The position numbers and the translations under genes were made by a program. From NCBI RefSeq assembly GCF_004010195.1, contig NC_057756.1, positions 9,807,627-9,863,553 on the forward strand: 55,927 nucleotides of DNA, written 5' to 3'. Under the pieces are notes generated by a model that ran no database searches, was not told where the DNA came from, and worked only from the letters and a program-made list of their open reading frames with translations. The stretch comes from Chiloscyllium plagiosum (Eukaryota). Positions 1 to 12,689 of this stretch are shown in pieces; the stretch's first letter is position 1; each line of letters opens with the position of its first letter.

Positions 1-598
1 TTCAAAGTCTGTGAGAAGATTTGTAGCTCGGGTGCTCGTTGTTGTGGTTCTGTTTGCCGAGCTGGGAATTTGTGTTGCAGACGTTTTGTCCCCTGTCTAG
101 GTGACATCCTCAGTGCTTGGGAGCCTCCTGTGAAGCGCTTCTGTGATCTTTCCTCCGGCATTTGTAGTGGTTTGAATCTGCCGCTTCTGGTTGTCAGTTC
201 CAGCTGTCCGTTGCAGTGGTCAGTATATTGGGTCCAGATCGATGTGCTTATTGATTGGATCTGAAGTCACTACTATTATAGGACAAGCCAAACAGAGAAC
301 AGCCAGGGAATTCCTAGAGGCATAGCACTCATCCACAGATTCAATCAACAAACACATCGACCTGGACCCAATATACCGGCCACTGCAACGGACAGCTGGA
401 ACTGACAACCGGAAGCGGCAGAGACAAACCACTATAAATGCCGGAGGAAACATCACAGAAGCGCTTCACAGGAGGCTCCCAAGCACTGAGGATGTCACCT
501 AGGCAGGGGACGAAACGTTTGCAACACAAATTCCCAGCTTGGCGAACAGAACCACAACAACGAGCACCCGAGCTACAAATCTTCTCCCAAACTTTGAA
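1..598. mobile_element. Palindromic Penelope-like (PLE) element: inverted arms 1-263 and 336-598
   Basis: The arms are reverse complements (ttcaaagt... / ...actttgaa). The + strand reads IIGQAKQRTAREFLEA*HSSTDSINKHIDLDPIY, typical of a PLE GIY-YIG C-terminus, followed by a hammerhead motif. Confidence 0.8.
483..523 (+). ncRNA. Minimal hammerhead ribozyme motif in PLE terminus
   Basis: GCA-CTGAGGA-TGTCACCT-AGGC-AGGGGAC-GAAAC-GTT-TGC: CUGANGA and GAAA cores, stem II and a short stem I. Confidence 0.6.
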
Positions 599-792
599 AA
601 TCATTTCAGTTGCATGACACTGTAATCCTTTGCTTTAAATTCTGTGCCTTGTGATCTTATACTCCATAACCACCTGATGAAGAAGCAACGCTCTAAAAGC
701 TAGTGCTTCCAAATAAACCTGTTGGACTATAACCTGGTTTTGTGTGATTTTTAACTTTGTCCACTCCAGTCCAACACCGGCTCCTCCACATC
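599..792 (+). mobile_element. Short non-autonomous PLE-derived repeat (related copies ~24330-24635 and ~26785-26865)
   Basis: Shared sequence cctgatgaag(g/a)agca(g/a)cgctc..aaagctagtgcttcc...ggactataacctgg at several positions in the window. Confidence 0.55.
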
Positions 793-1409
793 ATTAAAAA
801 CTAAAGTAACTAAAGGTGTTGGTTCTGTGGGAGTTTGACCACACCCATTCCGGCTGTTTCTATTGTTCCAACTTAAAAAAAAAATTCCCAAAGCCTGGCA
901 TGCCGTTTAATCTCTTCCAGGGTGCTCAGTATCTATTGTTCAATTCTCCATTTTTATTATCAATAAACCCAGGACAAAACAACCTCTTTAAGCCACAGCA
1001 TCATCACAGTACAGAACTTTCAATGAATATCAATTGACCTGTTTTATTCTTAAATAAATGCAATGATCCTTCAATGATACTAATTTTAAACAGTCTTTTT
1101 CCTATTGCAGTCCACAATAAATAAATAATAAGTTACAGATTTTACATGCCACTCCTCCTGTGAAAATGAAATCCCATTTCAAAAATGTTTTCTTCCAAAA
1201 TATGTAACAAAACAAAATACTTCAATCCATTTACTTCCCCTCCCCTTGCACCCCTCAATTATATATATTATACAATCAAAGCATTTCTTAAAGCTTTCAT
1301 TTATTTAACATTATTAACTATTTGACATTCTAATGGATCTGCAATTACATGATTGGTAAGGTAACTAATTTTTATTTTATTTTTGTTAATCTCTTTGGTA
1401 ATTTAGCAT

Positions 1410-4400
1410 AGTGGGAATGATGATTCAGGCAGTGAACATTGCTCCTGCAGAAGGTGAGAGTTAAGGGTTACCACTAGTGTCCCTGCTGACTTCCTCTGTG
1501 GGAATTGCACCCAACTCCAGCTCCTCGAAAACAGTGTTAGGGAACTGGAGCTAGATGAACTTCAGATTATTCAGGAAATGGAGAGGGTTATTGAAAGGAG
1601 TTACAGGGATTTAGTCACACCTCAGGTTATAGTCAGGGGACGGAAAGGGAACCGACAGGCAGTGCAGAGATCCCCTGTGGCTGTTCCCCTCAGTAACAAG
1701 TGTACCGTTTTGGATATTGTCTCGGGGGATGACTTACCAGGGTTAAGCCATGGGGTAAAGATCTCTGTCACGTCTGTTCCTGTTGCTCAGAAGGGAAAGG
1801 GGGAGAGGAGCAGGACATTAGTCATTGGGGACTCCAAATATAGGGGCACAGATCGGAGGTTCTGTGGAAATGAGAGAGACTCACGGTTAGTGTGCTGACT
1901 CCCAGGTACCAGGGTTCAGGATGTCTTGGATCGTGTTTTCAGGATTCTTAAGTGGCTGGGGAGTAGTCCCAAGTCATGGTCCACATAGACGCCAATGGCA
2001 TAGGTAGGAAAAGGGATGGGGATTTAAAGCAGACATTCAGGGAGTGAAGGTGGAAGCTTAGAGCTAGAACAAGCCGTGTTGTTATCTGGTTTGTTACCCA
2101 TGCCACGTGCTAGCGAGGCAAGGAATAGGGAGAGAGAGGAGTTAAACGTGTCTACGGGGATGGTGAGGAGGGAGGAATTTGGATACCTGGATAATTGGGG
2201 CTCATTCTGGGGTAGGTAGATCTCTACAAACAGGATGGTCTACACATGAACCAGAGGGTGCCAATATCCTGGGGGGATGGATGGATGGATTTTGCTAATG
2301 CTTTTCAGGAGGGTTTAAACTAGTTCAGCAGGGGCTTGGGAATCTAAATTGTAGTTCCACTGTCCAGGAGGTTTCAAGGTTGCAAGAGTGCACCGGCAAG
2401 TCGGAAGGTGGTTTGAAGTGTGTCTACTTCAATGCCAGGAATATCCAGAATAAGGTGGGTGAGCTTGCAGCATGGGTTGATACCTGGAACTTTGATGTTG
2501 TGGCCATTTTGGAGAATGTGTTGCTGGAAAAGCGCAGCAGGACAAGCAGCATCCAAGGAGCAGGAGAATCGACGTTTCGGGCATGAGCCCTTCTTCAGGA
2601 ATGAGGAAGGTGTGCCAGGCAGGCTAAGATAAAAGGTAGGGAGGAGGGACTTGGGGGAGGGGTGTTGGGAATGCGATAGATGAAAGGAGGTTAAGGTGAG
2701 GGTGATAGGCCGGAGAGGGGATGGGGCGGAGAGGTCAGGAAGAAGATTGCATGTCAAGAAGGTGGTGCTGAGTCTGAGGGTTGGGACTGAGATAAGGTTG
2801 GGGGAGGCGAAATGAGGAAGCTGGAGATATCTGCATTTATCCCTTGTGGTAGGAGGGTTCCTAGGCAGAAGATGAGGCACTTTTTCTCCAGGCATCATGT
2901 TGCCATGGTCTGGCGATGGAAAAGGCCAAGGACCTGCATGTCCTTGGTGGAGTGGGAGGGGGAGTTAAAGTGTTCAGCCACGGGGCATTTGGGTTGGTTG
3001 GTGGCGGTGTCCCAGAGATGTTTTCTGAAATGTTCTGCAAGTAGGCGGCCTGTCTCCCCAATGTAGAGGAGGCCACATCAGGTTCAGCGGATGCAGTAAA
3101 TGATGTGTGTGAAGGTGCAGGTGAATTTGTGACGGATATGGAAGAATCCCTTGGGACCTTGGAGGGAAGTGAGTGGGGGAGGTGTGGGCGCAGGTTTTGG
3201 GTGCAACCCAACCTCCACTCCTGGCACCTTCTCCTGCAACCGCAAGAAATGCAAAACCTGCGTCCACACCTCCACAAAGTCCCAGAGATGTTGAGGAAAG
3301 GATAGCAAAGATGATTCTGGATAGGACCGATAGCAACAGGGGAGTTGTTACAGGGGATTTTAACTTTTCAAATATCAACTGGAAATACTACAGTCAAGTA
3401 CTTTAGATCAGTTTTCCAGAGATGTAGAGGAAAGGATAGCAAGGATGATTCTGGATAAGAGTGAGATTAACAGGGTAGTTGTTATGGGGGACTTTAACTT
3501 TCCAAATATTGACTAGAAATACTATAGTTTGAGTACTTTTAATGGGTCAATTTTTGTCTAATGTGTGCAGGAGAGATTCCTGACAGTAGTATGTAGACAG
3601 GCCAACAAGGGGGTGATGTTACATTGAAATTGGTACTGGATAATGAACTAGGCCAGGTGTTAGACTTGAAGGTCGGTGAGCACTTTAGTGATAGTGACAA
3701 CAATTCAGTTATGTTTACTTTAGCGATGGAAAGGGATAGGTATATACTGCAGGGCAAGCTGAGGGAAAGGCAAATATGATGCGATTAGGCAAGATTTCGG
3801 ATGCATAGGATGGGGAAGGAAACTGCAGGAGATGGGCACAATTGAAATGTGGAGCTTGTTCAAGGAACAACTTCTGCGTGTCCTTGATAAGTATGTATCT
3901 GTCAGGAAAGGAGAAAGTGATTGAGCAAGGGAGCTGTGGTTTACTAAAGAAATTGAATCTCTTGTCAAGTGGAAGAAGAAGGCTTATGTTAGGATGTGAC
4001 ATGAAGGCTCAATTAGGGCGCTTCAGAGTTACAAGTTAGCCAGGAAGGACCTAAAGAGAGAGCTAAGGAGAGCCAGGAGGAGACATGAGAAGTTGTTGGC
4101 AGCTAGGATCAAGGAAAACTCTAAAGCTTTCTATAGGTCTGTCAGGAATAAAAGGATGACTAGAGTAAGATTAGGGCAAATCAAGGACAGTAGCAGAAAG
4201 TTATGCATGGAGTCTGAGTAGATAGGAAAGGCATGAAATGAATATTTTTTGTCAGTAATCACACTGGGAAAGACATTTTTGTTAAGGAGAATACTGAGAT
4301 ACAGGCTATTAGACTAGATGGGATTGAGGTTCACAAAGAGGAGGTGTTAGCAATTCTGGAAAGTGTGAAAATAGATCGGTCCCGGGCCAGATGGGATGTA

Positions 4401-5088
4401 TCCTAGGATTCTCTGGGAAGCCAGGGAAGAGATTGCAGAGCCTTTGGCTTTGACCTTTATGTCATCATTGTCTACAGGAATAGTGCCAGAAGACTGGAAG
4501 ATAGCAAATGCTGTCCCCTCATTCAAGAAAGGGAGTACAAACAACTCTGGTAATTATAGACCAGTGAGCCTTACTTCAGTTGTGGGTAAAATGTTGGAAA
4601 AGGTTATTAGAGATAGGATTTATAATTCTCTAGAAAGGAATAAGTTGCTTAGAGATAGTCAACACGGTTTGTGAAGGGTAGGTCCTGCCTCACAAACCTT
4701 ATTGAGTTCTTTGAGAAGGTGACCAAACAGGTGGATGAAGGTAAAGCGGTTGATGTGGTGTATATGGATTTCAGTAAGACTTTTGATAAGATTCCCCACG
4801 GTCGGCTATTGTACAAAATATGGAGGCATGAGATTGAGGATGATTTGGCTCTTTAGATCAGCAATTGACCAGCTGAATGGAGACAGAGAGTGGTGGGAGA
4901 TGATAGGAGATGTTCATCCTAGAATTCAGTTACCAGTGGTGTACCGAAAGGATCTGTTTTTGGGCCACAGCTGTTTGTCACTTTTATAAATGACCTGGGT
5001 GAGGGAGTAGAAGGATGGGTTAGTAAATTTGCGGATGACACGAAGGTCGGTGGAGTTGCAGATAGTGCTGAAGGATGTTGCAGGTTAC
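1410..5088 (+). mobile_element. CR1-clade LINE, degenerate ORF1 (Zn-finger + SGNH esterase-like) and ORF2 (APE + RT), 3' truncated
   Basis: Motifs TLVIGDS..RGTDRRFCG, LKCVYFNARNIQNK, VVMGDFNFPNIDW-like, NYRPVSLTSVVGK, GRSCLTNLIEFFE, VYMDFSK, SKFADDTK; many stops and frameshifts. Confidence 0.9.
2510..3273 (-). mobile_element. Penelope-like fragment inserted in CR1 ORF2
   Basis: Minus strand encodes GIY-YIG-like motifs (KFTCTFTHIIYCIRC..CGLLYIGET). It carries the same terminal repeat as at 16050-16140 and a short inverted piece at 3178-3273. Confidence 0.8.
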
Positions 5089-8000
5089 AAATTGATATCT
5101 TTCTTGCGTTTTCCCAAATATCTATCCATGTGTTTGAGGAGACCTCAATGCTTAGTTCTCTCTCCCCACACACTGCAGAGTCGATCAAACTCATCTGAGG
5201 AGGTGCAACCCCCCCCCCCCCCCCCCCAATTGATAATAAAAAGTGCGAATAGAAAGCGTACTCTTAGCACTGAGCACCGTCCTCTCTATGTCGGATTTAT
5301 AGGGATCAGTCAAAAGTGTCGTCTTTCTTTGAATAAAATTCTTAACTCAAAAAAAAAACGAAAGAGGGCCCTGTTAGATAGTTCGTATTTCCATGCTAAC
5401 TGATCAAAGGGCATCGTTGTGTCTCCCTCAAATCGATTGCCCGTGCAAGACACACCTCTAGCTCCCCAATGTTTGAATTCTGAATTCATCATCCCCAGTC
5501 GAAAATCCAGCATATCCACTATAGGTGTAAGAAAAGATATTTACCAACATTGCCTTCCCTCTGCCGAATTGCCCTCCATGCTTTACCAGTATTGATAACT
5601 ATTGGGTTATCCCAATATTCCCTTCGATATCTAACCATATTGAAAGAGAGTCCCCACAGGCCCAATCACCCACGTAGGTGAACTTAGTTGGTAGCTTTTA
5701 ATGTCCGGGAGATCCAGTCTCCCCAATTGAAGTTTAGCTAATTTAATAAGGGACTGCTCACGATGCAAAATAAAAGAGCTGAACCACCCATTCAGTTTCC
5801 TGAATGTTTGCTTATCAACTATCAGGGGGAGCAACCTTATAGGGTACAATAAATGGGGGCAAATATTCATCTTAATAAGCGCAATCCAACCCAACCACGA
5901 CATGAGACCGGAAGTGCCTCCCATCTTTGAAGGTCATGCTTGATTTCGTCAAATAATTGAACAAAATTGGCTTTGAACAACTGATCTAGAACTGGAATAA
6001 TGAATATGCCCAAATACACACAAAACCCCCCTGTGACCACTTAAATGGGAATCAATATTCACCCTCAAGACCTAGCACCTTTGTAACACTACCCATAGGC
6101 ATCGCCTCTGATTTTGCAAAATTAATCCTGTGCTCCGAAAAGGCGTCAAACGCACTGATGTGTTGTATCAGACGAGACACCGAAACTGCTGGATTTGACA
6201 AAAAATAAGGACGTGGTCCACGTACAACTAAATCTTATGTAATTTGGGCCCCACTTCTGAAGCCAATATACTGGGATCCCTATGATGGCCTCCATCAATG
6301 GTTCAATCACTAATGTAAAAAGCTAATGGCGAAAACAGACAGCCCTGTCGCCTGTCCCTAACAATGTTAAAATTGCTTGATCGCACCTCATTGGTGATGA
6401 CCACAGCGAGAGGGTCACTGTAGAGAGGCTTTACCCATTTATAAAGACTTCATCCAAGCCAAACTGCTCCAGAATATAAAAAAGGTACGGCCACTCAATT
6501 CGGTCAAATGCCTTCTCTGCATCTAAAGAAATCACCAGTCCCTATACTGACTGTTATTGACATGCTTGAATTACATTAAGCAGCCGCCTAATATTATTGG
6601 AGGATCTGCGGCTCTTTATGAAGCCCATCTGGTCTTCTTTAACAATAGAAGGTAACACAGTATCCAGCTTTAACGTGAGAATCTTAGAGAGGATTTTAAA
6701 GTCCACATTTAAGAGTGAAATGAGCCTGTACAAAGCACAGTCCTCCAGGACCTTCCCTTTTTTGAGAATAAGTGAAATATTGGCCTCTCTCAGAGATGGC
6801 GGGAGACAATCATGGCTGTCTGAGTCATTGAACATATTGAGCCTGACAATATGTTTATAAATTCCTTATCGAATTCACAGCCTCCTGCACCTCTGATTAA
6901 GGGGGCATTGAGAAAAGACTTTTGTTCGGGGGGTCATGCCTGGGAACTCCAGATCCTTGAAAAGTCTCCATTTTGGCCTGCCCCCACTCACAACCCTCAG
7001 ATTGGTATAACTTAGACTAAACTCTCTGAAATGCCACATTAATCTTTTTAGAGTCACATGTTAAGTTCCCAGACCCTTCCCTAATTGACGTAATGGCTTG
7101 ATGGGCACTCCTCTTCCTGGTGAGATATGCTAAGTATTTGCCTGACTTGTCACCATGCTCATATAACCTTTGCTTTGCAAATGTAAGCTCCTTCTTTGCT
7201 GTGTGCGTGAGCACGGAATTCAGTGCAGACAGCAGCGCCGTAATCCTCTGTAGCTTGACCAACGAAGGCCTGTCAAAGTAAGCCTTCTCAGCTGCCTTCA
7301 ACCATGCTTCGAAGAGACGTTGCTGCTCACCCTCTGCCGCTTCCTACTGGCAGAGTAGGAAATAACTAACCCCCGGCATAGGCTTTGGCAGTTTCCCAAA
7401 GGACGGATGGGCTACTAACCAAGCCTGAGTTAATGTCAAGGAACGTCCAAAATTCCCTAGAGAAATACTCCACAAACTTATTATCCTTGAGGATAAAGGG
7501 ATCCATTCGCCAGTGCTTCAAACCCACTGTAACGTCCTTAACCTTAACCAATAGGTACACTGGAGCGTGATCGTAGATGAGATTACCAATTGTACAAGAT
7601 GCCACCAAGTCCAGGGTTGCCATGGGGGTCAGAAAAAAATCAATCCTGGTGTAACATCTGTGCGGATTGGAAAAAATTGTAAAATCCCTGTCTGTAGGGT
7701 AGAGATGCCTCCAGATGTCCACCAACCCGAACTCCACACACAAATCTACTGCTTGTTTAGTTTGTACAGAGGGTATTGGGGTGCCTTTGGGCAGCCTGTC
7801 TACTGTAGGATCCATGAGTCAATTAAAATCTCCCCCTTTAATGATATGCTGGGAGTTGAGACTGATCAGTTTAGAGAACACATCTACCAGCAATTTAAGA
7901 GGATGGGCCGGAGGGCAGTAAACATTTAAAATGCCATGATCTTCCCCTTTTATTAGGACTTTGAGAATTACAAACCTCCCATGTGTGTCTTTAACACACT

Positions 8001-9865
8001 TTAGTAACTTAAATGTGAGATTTCTCCTGATCAGCATAGCCACTCCCCTACTTCTGGTACTAAAAGATGAAAAGTAATCCGATCAAAGCCATTCTGCTGT
8101 AGGTTCAAATGCTCTCATTCATTCAAAGTGTCTCCTGTAACAAAGCAATATCCACCTTCTCCTTTCTAAGACTCAAAAGTACCTTCTTCCTCATAATTGG
8201 TGAGTGACTTCCCTTGATGTTCCAGGTACACCATTTAATCAAGTCATTTGCTAAAACCTTCTGCAATAACATTTAAATTCCAGAGAAACTCGAACCACAA
8301 ATTGCTGAGCCTTAGTGTCACAAGATCCATCGAACATAAAATCTATATAAACTAAAACCACTACAGTTAACAAACCTACAAAGCTATTAAAGATTATATA
8401 CAATAAAAACAAAAATCAAATCAACATATAAAATGCCAACGGCGCTGAATAGGGGAACTCAACCCAAAGGGGGCAACTACGCATCCAAAAACCCAGCTTC
8501 CCATCCTACTGCCAAGACTGCAGCCCAGGCATTTCAATATCTGAACCGGATATAAACTGCCCATAAGTTGGCATCTAGCCATTCCAACCAATTTCCTTCT
8601 CCTGGCTGGAGCCGAACCGCAAACACAAGCAGAAAAGAAATAAAATACATCATGAAATAACAATGTGAATAAACACAGTTTTTTTAAAAAAGGGGGTGAA
8701 TACCCCACCCATTCTGTGGTCTAACTTAACTTTGAAATTGAAAGTACACATCTCAACTGCCCCCAAACATAGTTTAGACCAGATTATTACTAATATAAAA
8801 AGAGGAAAAGAAAGCTCCAACCGGACTTCCTCTTTTTTTTAAAAGAAAAAAACAAAGACATACCCAAACAACACCAATATTTGTAAATACTAAATTGGTC
8901 AGATTAAGTTAATTTGTCCACAAAGTCTCTTGCCTTCTCCAACATGTCAAAGAGATGTACCCACCTATTTAAGGTGACTCAAGCACTGCCAGATACCTCA
9001 TAGAGTATTGGATCCCGAGCTCCCTCAGTCTTCTCTTGACACAGTCATAGGATTTTCTTTTCTGGATCACTATTGCTGAGAGGTCCTGGAAGAACATAAT
9101 CTTAGAACTCTTGTAAATTAAGGCCTTCTGATCCTTCCCCTGGATTCTGGAAGCTTCCATTATTCTCTCCTTATCTCTATAATGATGAAACCACACCAAG
9201 AGAGGACAAGAATGTTAATCCAGATCTGACCTCGGCGCCATGACCCGGTGAGTCCTCTCGATCTTGAAGCCTTTCATTCCAGCCTCAGGGTTAAGGAATT
9301 TCAGCAACCAGTCCTCAATAAATTCCGCCGACTGCTCACCTTCCTAACCCTCCGGCAGAACAAAGATCCAAATTTTTTTTTTCCTGCCCCTGTTCACGAG
9401 ATTATTCACTTGTTCATGCAAATTACAGACCTGCGTCTCCAGGGCTTGGATCCTATCCTTGGAGGGACTGGTATCCCCTTCCACCATCTATCCCTTTTTC
9501 CAGGTCTCCCAGCTGCTGTTCATGCTTCTGCAGTGTATAGAAATCGGGGCCAGCTTCTCCTCTATCTGCCTGCCCAATATCTCACGAGATTTCACAAGGA
9601 CCTGGTAGGTAATTGAGTCCAAAGATCCTGCAGGCTGGGCCACAGGCCTGGCCTTGGACGCTCTTCCACCCTTCTTCAGCATCCCTGGACGGCGAAAACC
9701 CAAGAAAGTTGATTTTCCACAATTTCCTGGGACTCCACGACCGTTCCAAAGTCCCAAAATATCGCAGTGGTCTGGGTTGGGCGGGTTAGAAGTTTGTCCA
9801 GCTTGTGCTGCGGTGTGGAGCTCTGCAATGAGATCCTCCTAGATTCTCGCCATCTTGGATCCCCC
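5084..9865 (-). mobile_element. L1-clade LINE with intact 5' end; ORF1 ~9682-8905, ORF2 ~8254-5084; pseudogenised and 3' truncated
   Basis: ORF1: MLKKGGRASK..., WFHHYRDKERIMEASR...KIMFFQDLS. ORF2: [63 protein letters not shown]. Confidence 0.9.
9848..9857 (-). promoter_or_regulatory. YY1-type motif CAAGATGGCG at the L1 5' end
   Basis: Minus strand reads GGGGGATCCAAGATGGCG, resembling the mammalian L1 start (G-run then CAAGATGGCC). Confidence 0.6.
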
Positions 9866-10181
9866 AAATGGATACTTTGAAAGAATAGTCTTACATTTTT
9901 TGTAAATTTACAAAGTGAGTAGAGTGGGATCTTTCTGGTTTTTTTTATTGAGATCTGTCTCTTGATTAAACTTGAAAAAATATGAAAATGTAGGTACAAC
10001 GTTAGCCTGGAGCAATGTTTTTAGAGCTATTTTCTGGGTCTGTACATTATTAAGGTGCAAAGATGGTCTTTAGTGGAGTGATGTGCTCTTCCTGTCAAAT
10101 ATGGAAGATTAGGGAGAGTTTCCATGTTATTAATGATTATGTCTGCAGGAAGCGACTTTGGTTGTGAATCACCTCAGATCA

Positions 10182-10500
10182 TGGGCATCATGGTGGCTCA
10201 GTGGTTAGCACTGATACCTCCCACTGCCAGGGACACCGGTTCAATTCCAGCCTCAGGAGACTGTCTGTGTGGAGTTTGCACATTCTCCCCTGTCTGTTCC
10301 GGTTTTTTCCCACAGTCCAAAGATGTGTATATTAGGATAGATTGGCTGTGCGAAACTGCCACATTTGTCTAGGGATGTGTGGGTTAGCCATGGGAAATGC
10401 AGGGTTTACAGGGATAGGGAAGTGGGTCTGGGTGGGGTGCTGTTGGTATGGATGCATTGGGCCAACTGGCCTGTTTCCACACCATCAGGATTTTATGATT
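10182..10500 (+). mobile_element. HE1-type tRNA-derived SINE
   Basis: Box A ggtggctcagtggttagcact, box B ggttcaattcc, core ctgtgtggagtttgcacattctccc and a CR1-like tail. Confidence 0.85.
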
Positions 10501-11876
10501 GGTTGGGGTGGCAGTTCGAGGTAAAGAGGAATTTATAGGAACTAGGAGGATGGCAATTGCAGGAGAAGAGGAAAAAGCACAGATACAGTCAGATAAGTAG
10601 GAGAGAGAGGCAGGTAGTACAGGGTAAAAACAATGACTGCAGATGCTGGAAACCAGATTCTGGATCAATGGTGCTGGAAGAGCACAGCAATTCAGGCAGC
10701 ATCTGAGGAGCTTCAGCAGGTCTCCTGTGGCTATCCCTCTGTGAAACAATTTTCCATTTCATGCTGCTTTGGAAAATGTAGGTGGTGATGAGCTTTCAGG
10801 GGAATTCAGCACCAACAGCCAAGTTTCTGGTACCGAGAATAGCTCCACTGTAACGAGGGGTACGTTAGGTTCCAAGTGATTGATTGTGATAGGGGACTGT
10901 CGCTCCCTCTCTCTAGCACAGACAGACGTTTCTGCATCTGACAGAAGATATCAGATTGTGTTGCCTCCCTAATGCCAGGATCAACAGTATCTTGGAGAGG
11001 GTGCAGAATATTCTCAAAGGGAGAGGGACCAGCCTGAGGTCATTGAACATATTGGAAGAAAAGACATTGAAAGAGTAAAGGATGAGGTACTGGGGAGAGA
11101 ATATAGGAAGTTAGGCAGGAAGCTAAAACATAGGTCCTTGAGGGTAGTAATATATAGATTGCTCATATGGTGCCACAAGGTAACAAGGGTCTTTTTTTGT
11201 TGCATTGCCATAGGGGCTGCTGTCTTATTAGAGAGAAGCGACTGGTGGTGATTTAACCTGAGGGCCACCAGACCTCAGGAGAGGGAAGAGGTTGAGAAGG
11301 ACATTCTTTCATAATAACCTCAAACTGGTGATGGGAATTGAACCCATGCTGTTGGCATAACTCTGCTCTGCAAATCAACAATCAAGCCAACTGAGGGTAG
11401 GAATAGGAGGATAGAACAGATGAATGTGTGGTTGAGGAGCTGGTGAAGGGAAGAAGGGTTCACATTTTTGGAATTTTGGAATTTCTTCTGGGGTAGAAAT
11501 GATGTCGACAAGAAGGACAGATTGCACCTGAATTGGAAGGGGATGAATATGCTGACAGGGGCATGGTTAGGAACATGGGACTGGGATATCATAGCAATTA
11601 CAGAAACATTGGCTCAGGAATGGACAGGACTGGCAGCTTAATGTTCCAGAGTATAGATGCTATAGGAAGGATAGAGAGAAGGGGGAGTAGCGTTTTTGAT
11701 TGGGGATAACATTACATCTGTACTTAGGCAGGAAATTCCTGGGAATATAACAAGGGATGTTATTTGGGTGGAGCTGAGAAAAAAGAAAGGGATGATCATC
11801 TTATTGGGGTTGTACTACAAACTCCCCAGTCGTCAGTGGGAAACTGAGAAACAAATTTGTAAGGAGATCTCAGTTA

Positions 11877-12087
11877 TGGATGTAGGTTTGTTCACTGAGC
11901 TGGAAGGTTCATTTTCAGACGTTTCATCACTATACTAGGTAACATCTTCATTGAGCCACCAGATGAAGCTTTGTCCAGAGGCTCACTGAAGATGTTACCT
12001 TGTATGGTGACGAAACGTCTGATAATGAACTTTCCAGCTCAGCAAGCAAACCTACATCCAGAACCTCAACCTGAGCTACAAATCTTA
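11877..12087. mobile_element. Short palindromic PLE-derived element with hammerhead motif
   Basis: Arms ~11877-11956 and ~11981-12059 are inverted. Motif TCA-CTGAAGA-TGTTACC..GGTGAC-GAAAC-GTC-TGA at 11983-12022. Flanked by near-direct repeats atct(c/t)agttat. Confidence 0.7.
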
Positions 12088-12689
12088 GTTATCTATAAAA
12101 ATAATAGTGGTTATGGTAGGGAATTTTAACTTTCCAAACATAGACTGGGACTGCGATAATGTTTAGGGTTTGGATGGAGAGGAATTTGTTATGGGTGTAC
12201 AAGAAAATTTTCTGATTCAGTATGTGGATGTATCTACAAGAGATGGTGCAAAACTTGACCTACTCTTGAGAAATAAGGCAGGGTGGGTGACTGAGGTGTC
12301 AGTGGGGAGAGCAGTTTGGGCCAGAATCCTATTAGTTTTAAAATGTGGTGGAAAAATATAGACAAGATCTAAAAGTTGAAACTCTGAAATGGAGGAAGGC
12401 TAATTTTGACAGTATTAGGCACATGTTCACAGGTAAAGGGACGGCTGGAAAATGGGAAGCCTTCAGAAATGAGATAACGAGAGTCCAGAGAAAGTATATT
12501 CCTGTTAGGTGAAAGGAAAGGCTGATAGATGTAGGGAATGCTGGATGATTAGAGAAATTGAGATTTTGTTTAAGATTCGAACGAAGCATATGTCAGGTAG
12601 ACAGCAGAAATTGAGTGAATCCTTAGAAGGCAGTAGAAGTATACTTAAGAGGGAAATCAGGAGGGAGAAAAGGGAACATAAGATAGCTT

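Noticed and set aside
3282..3541. Tandem ~130-bp duplication in CR1 ORF2
   Set aside because: The two copies are clearly diverged; most simply a junction of two CR1 copies with no functional implication.
10182..10260. tRNA genes at SINE heads
   Set aside because: A/B boxes continue into SINE core and tail; no complete cloverleaf.
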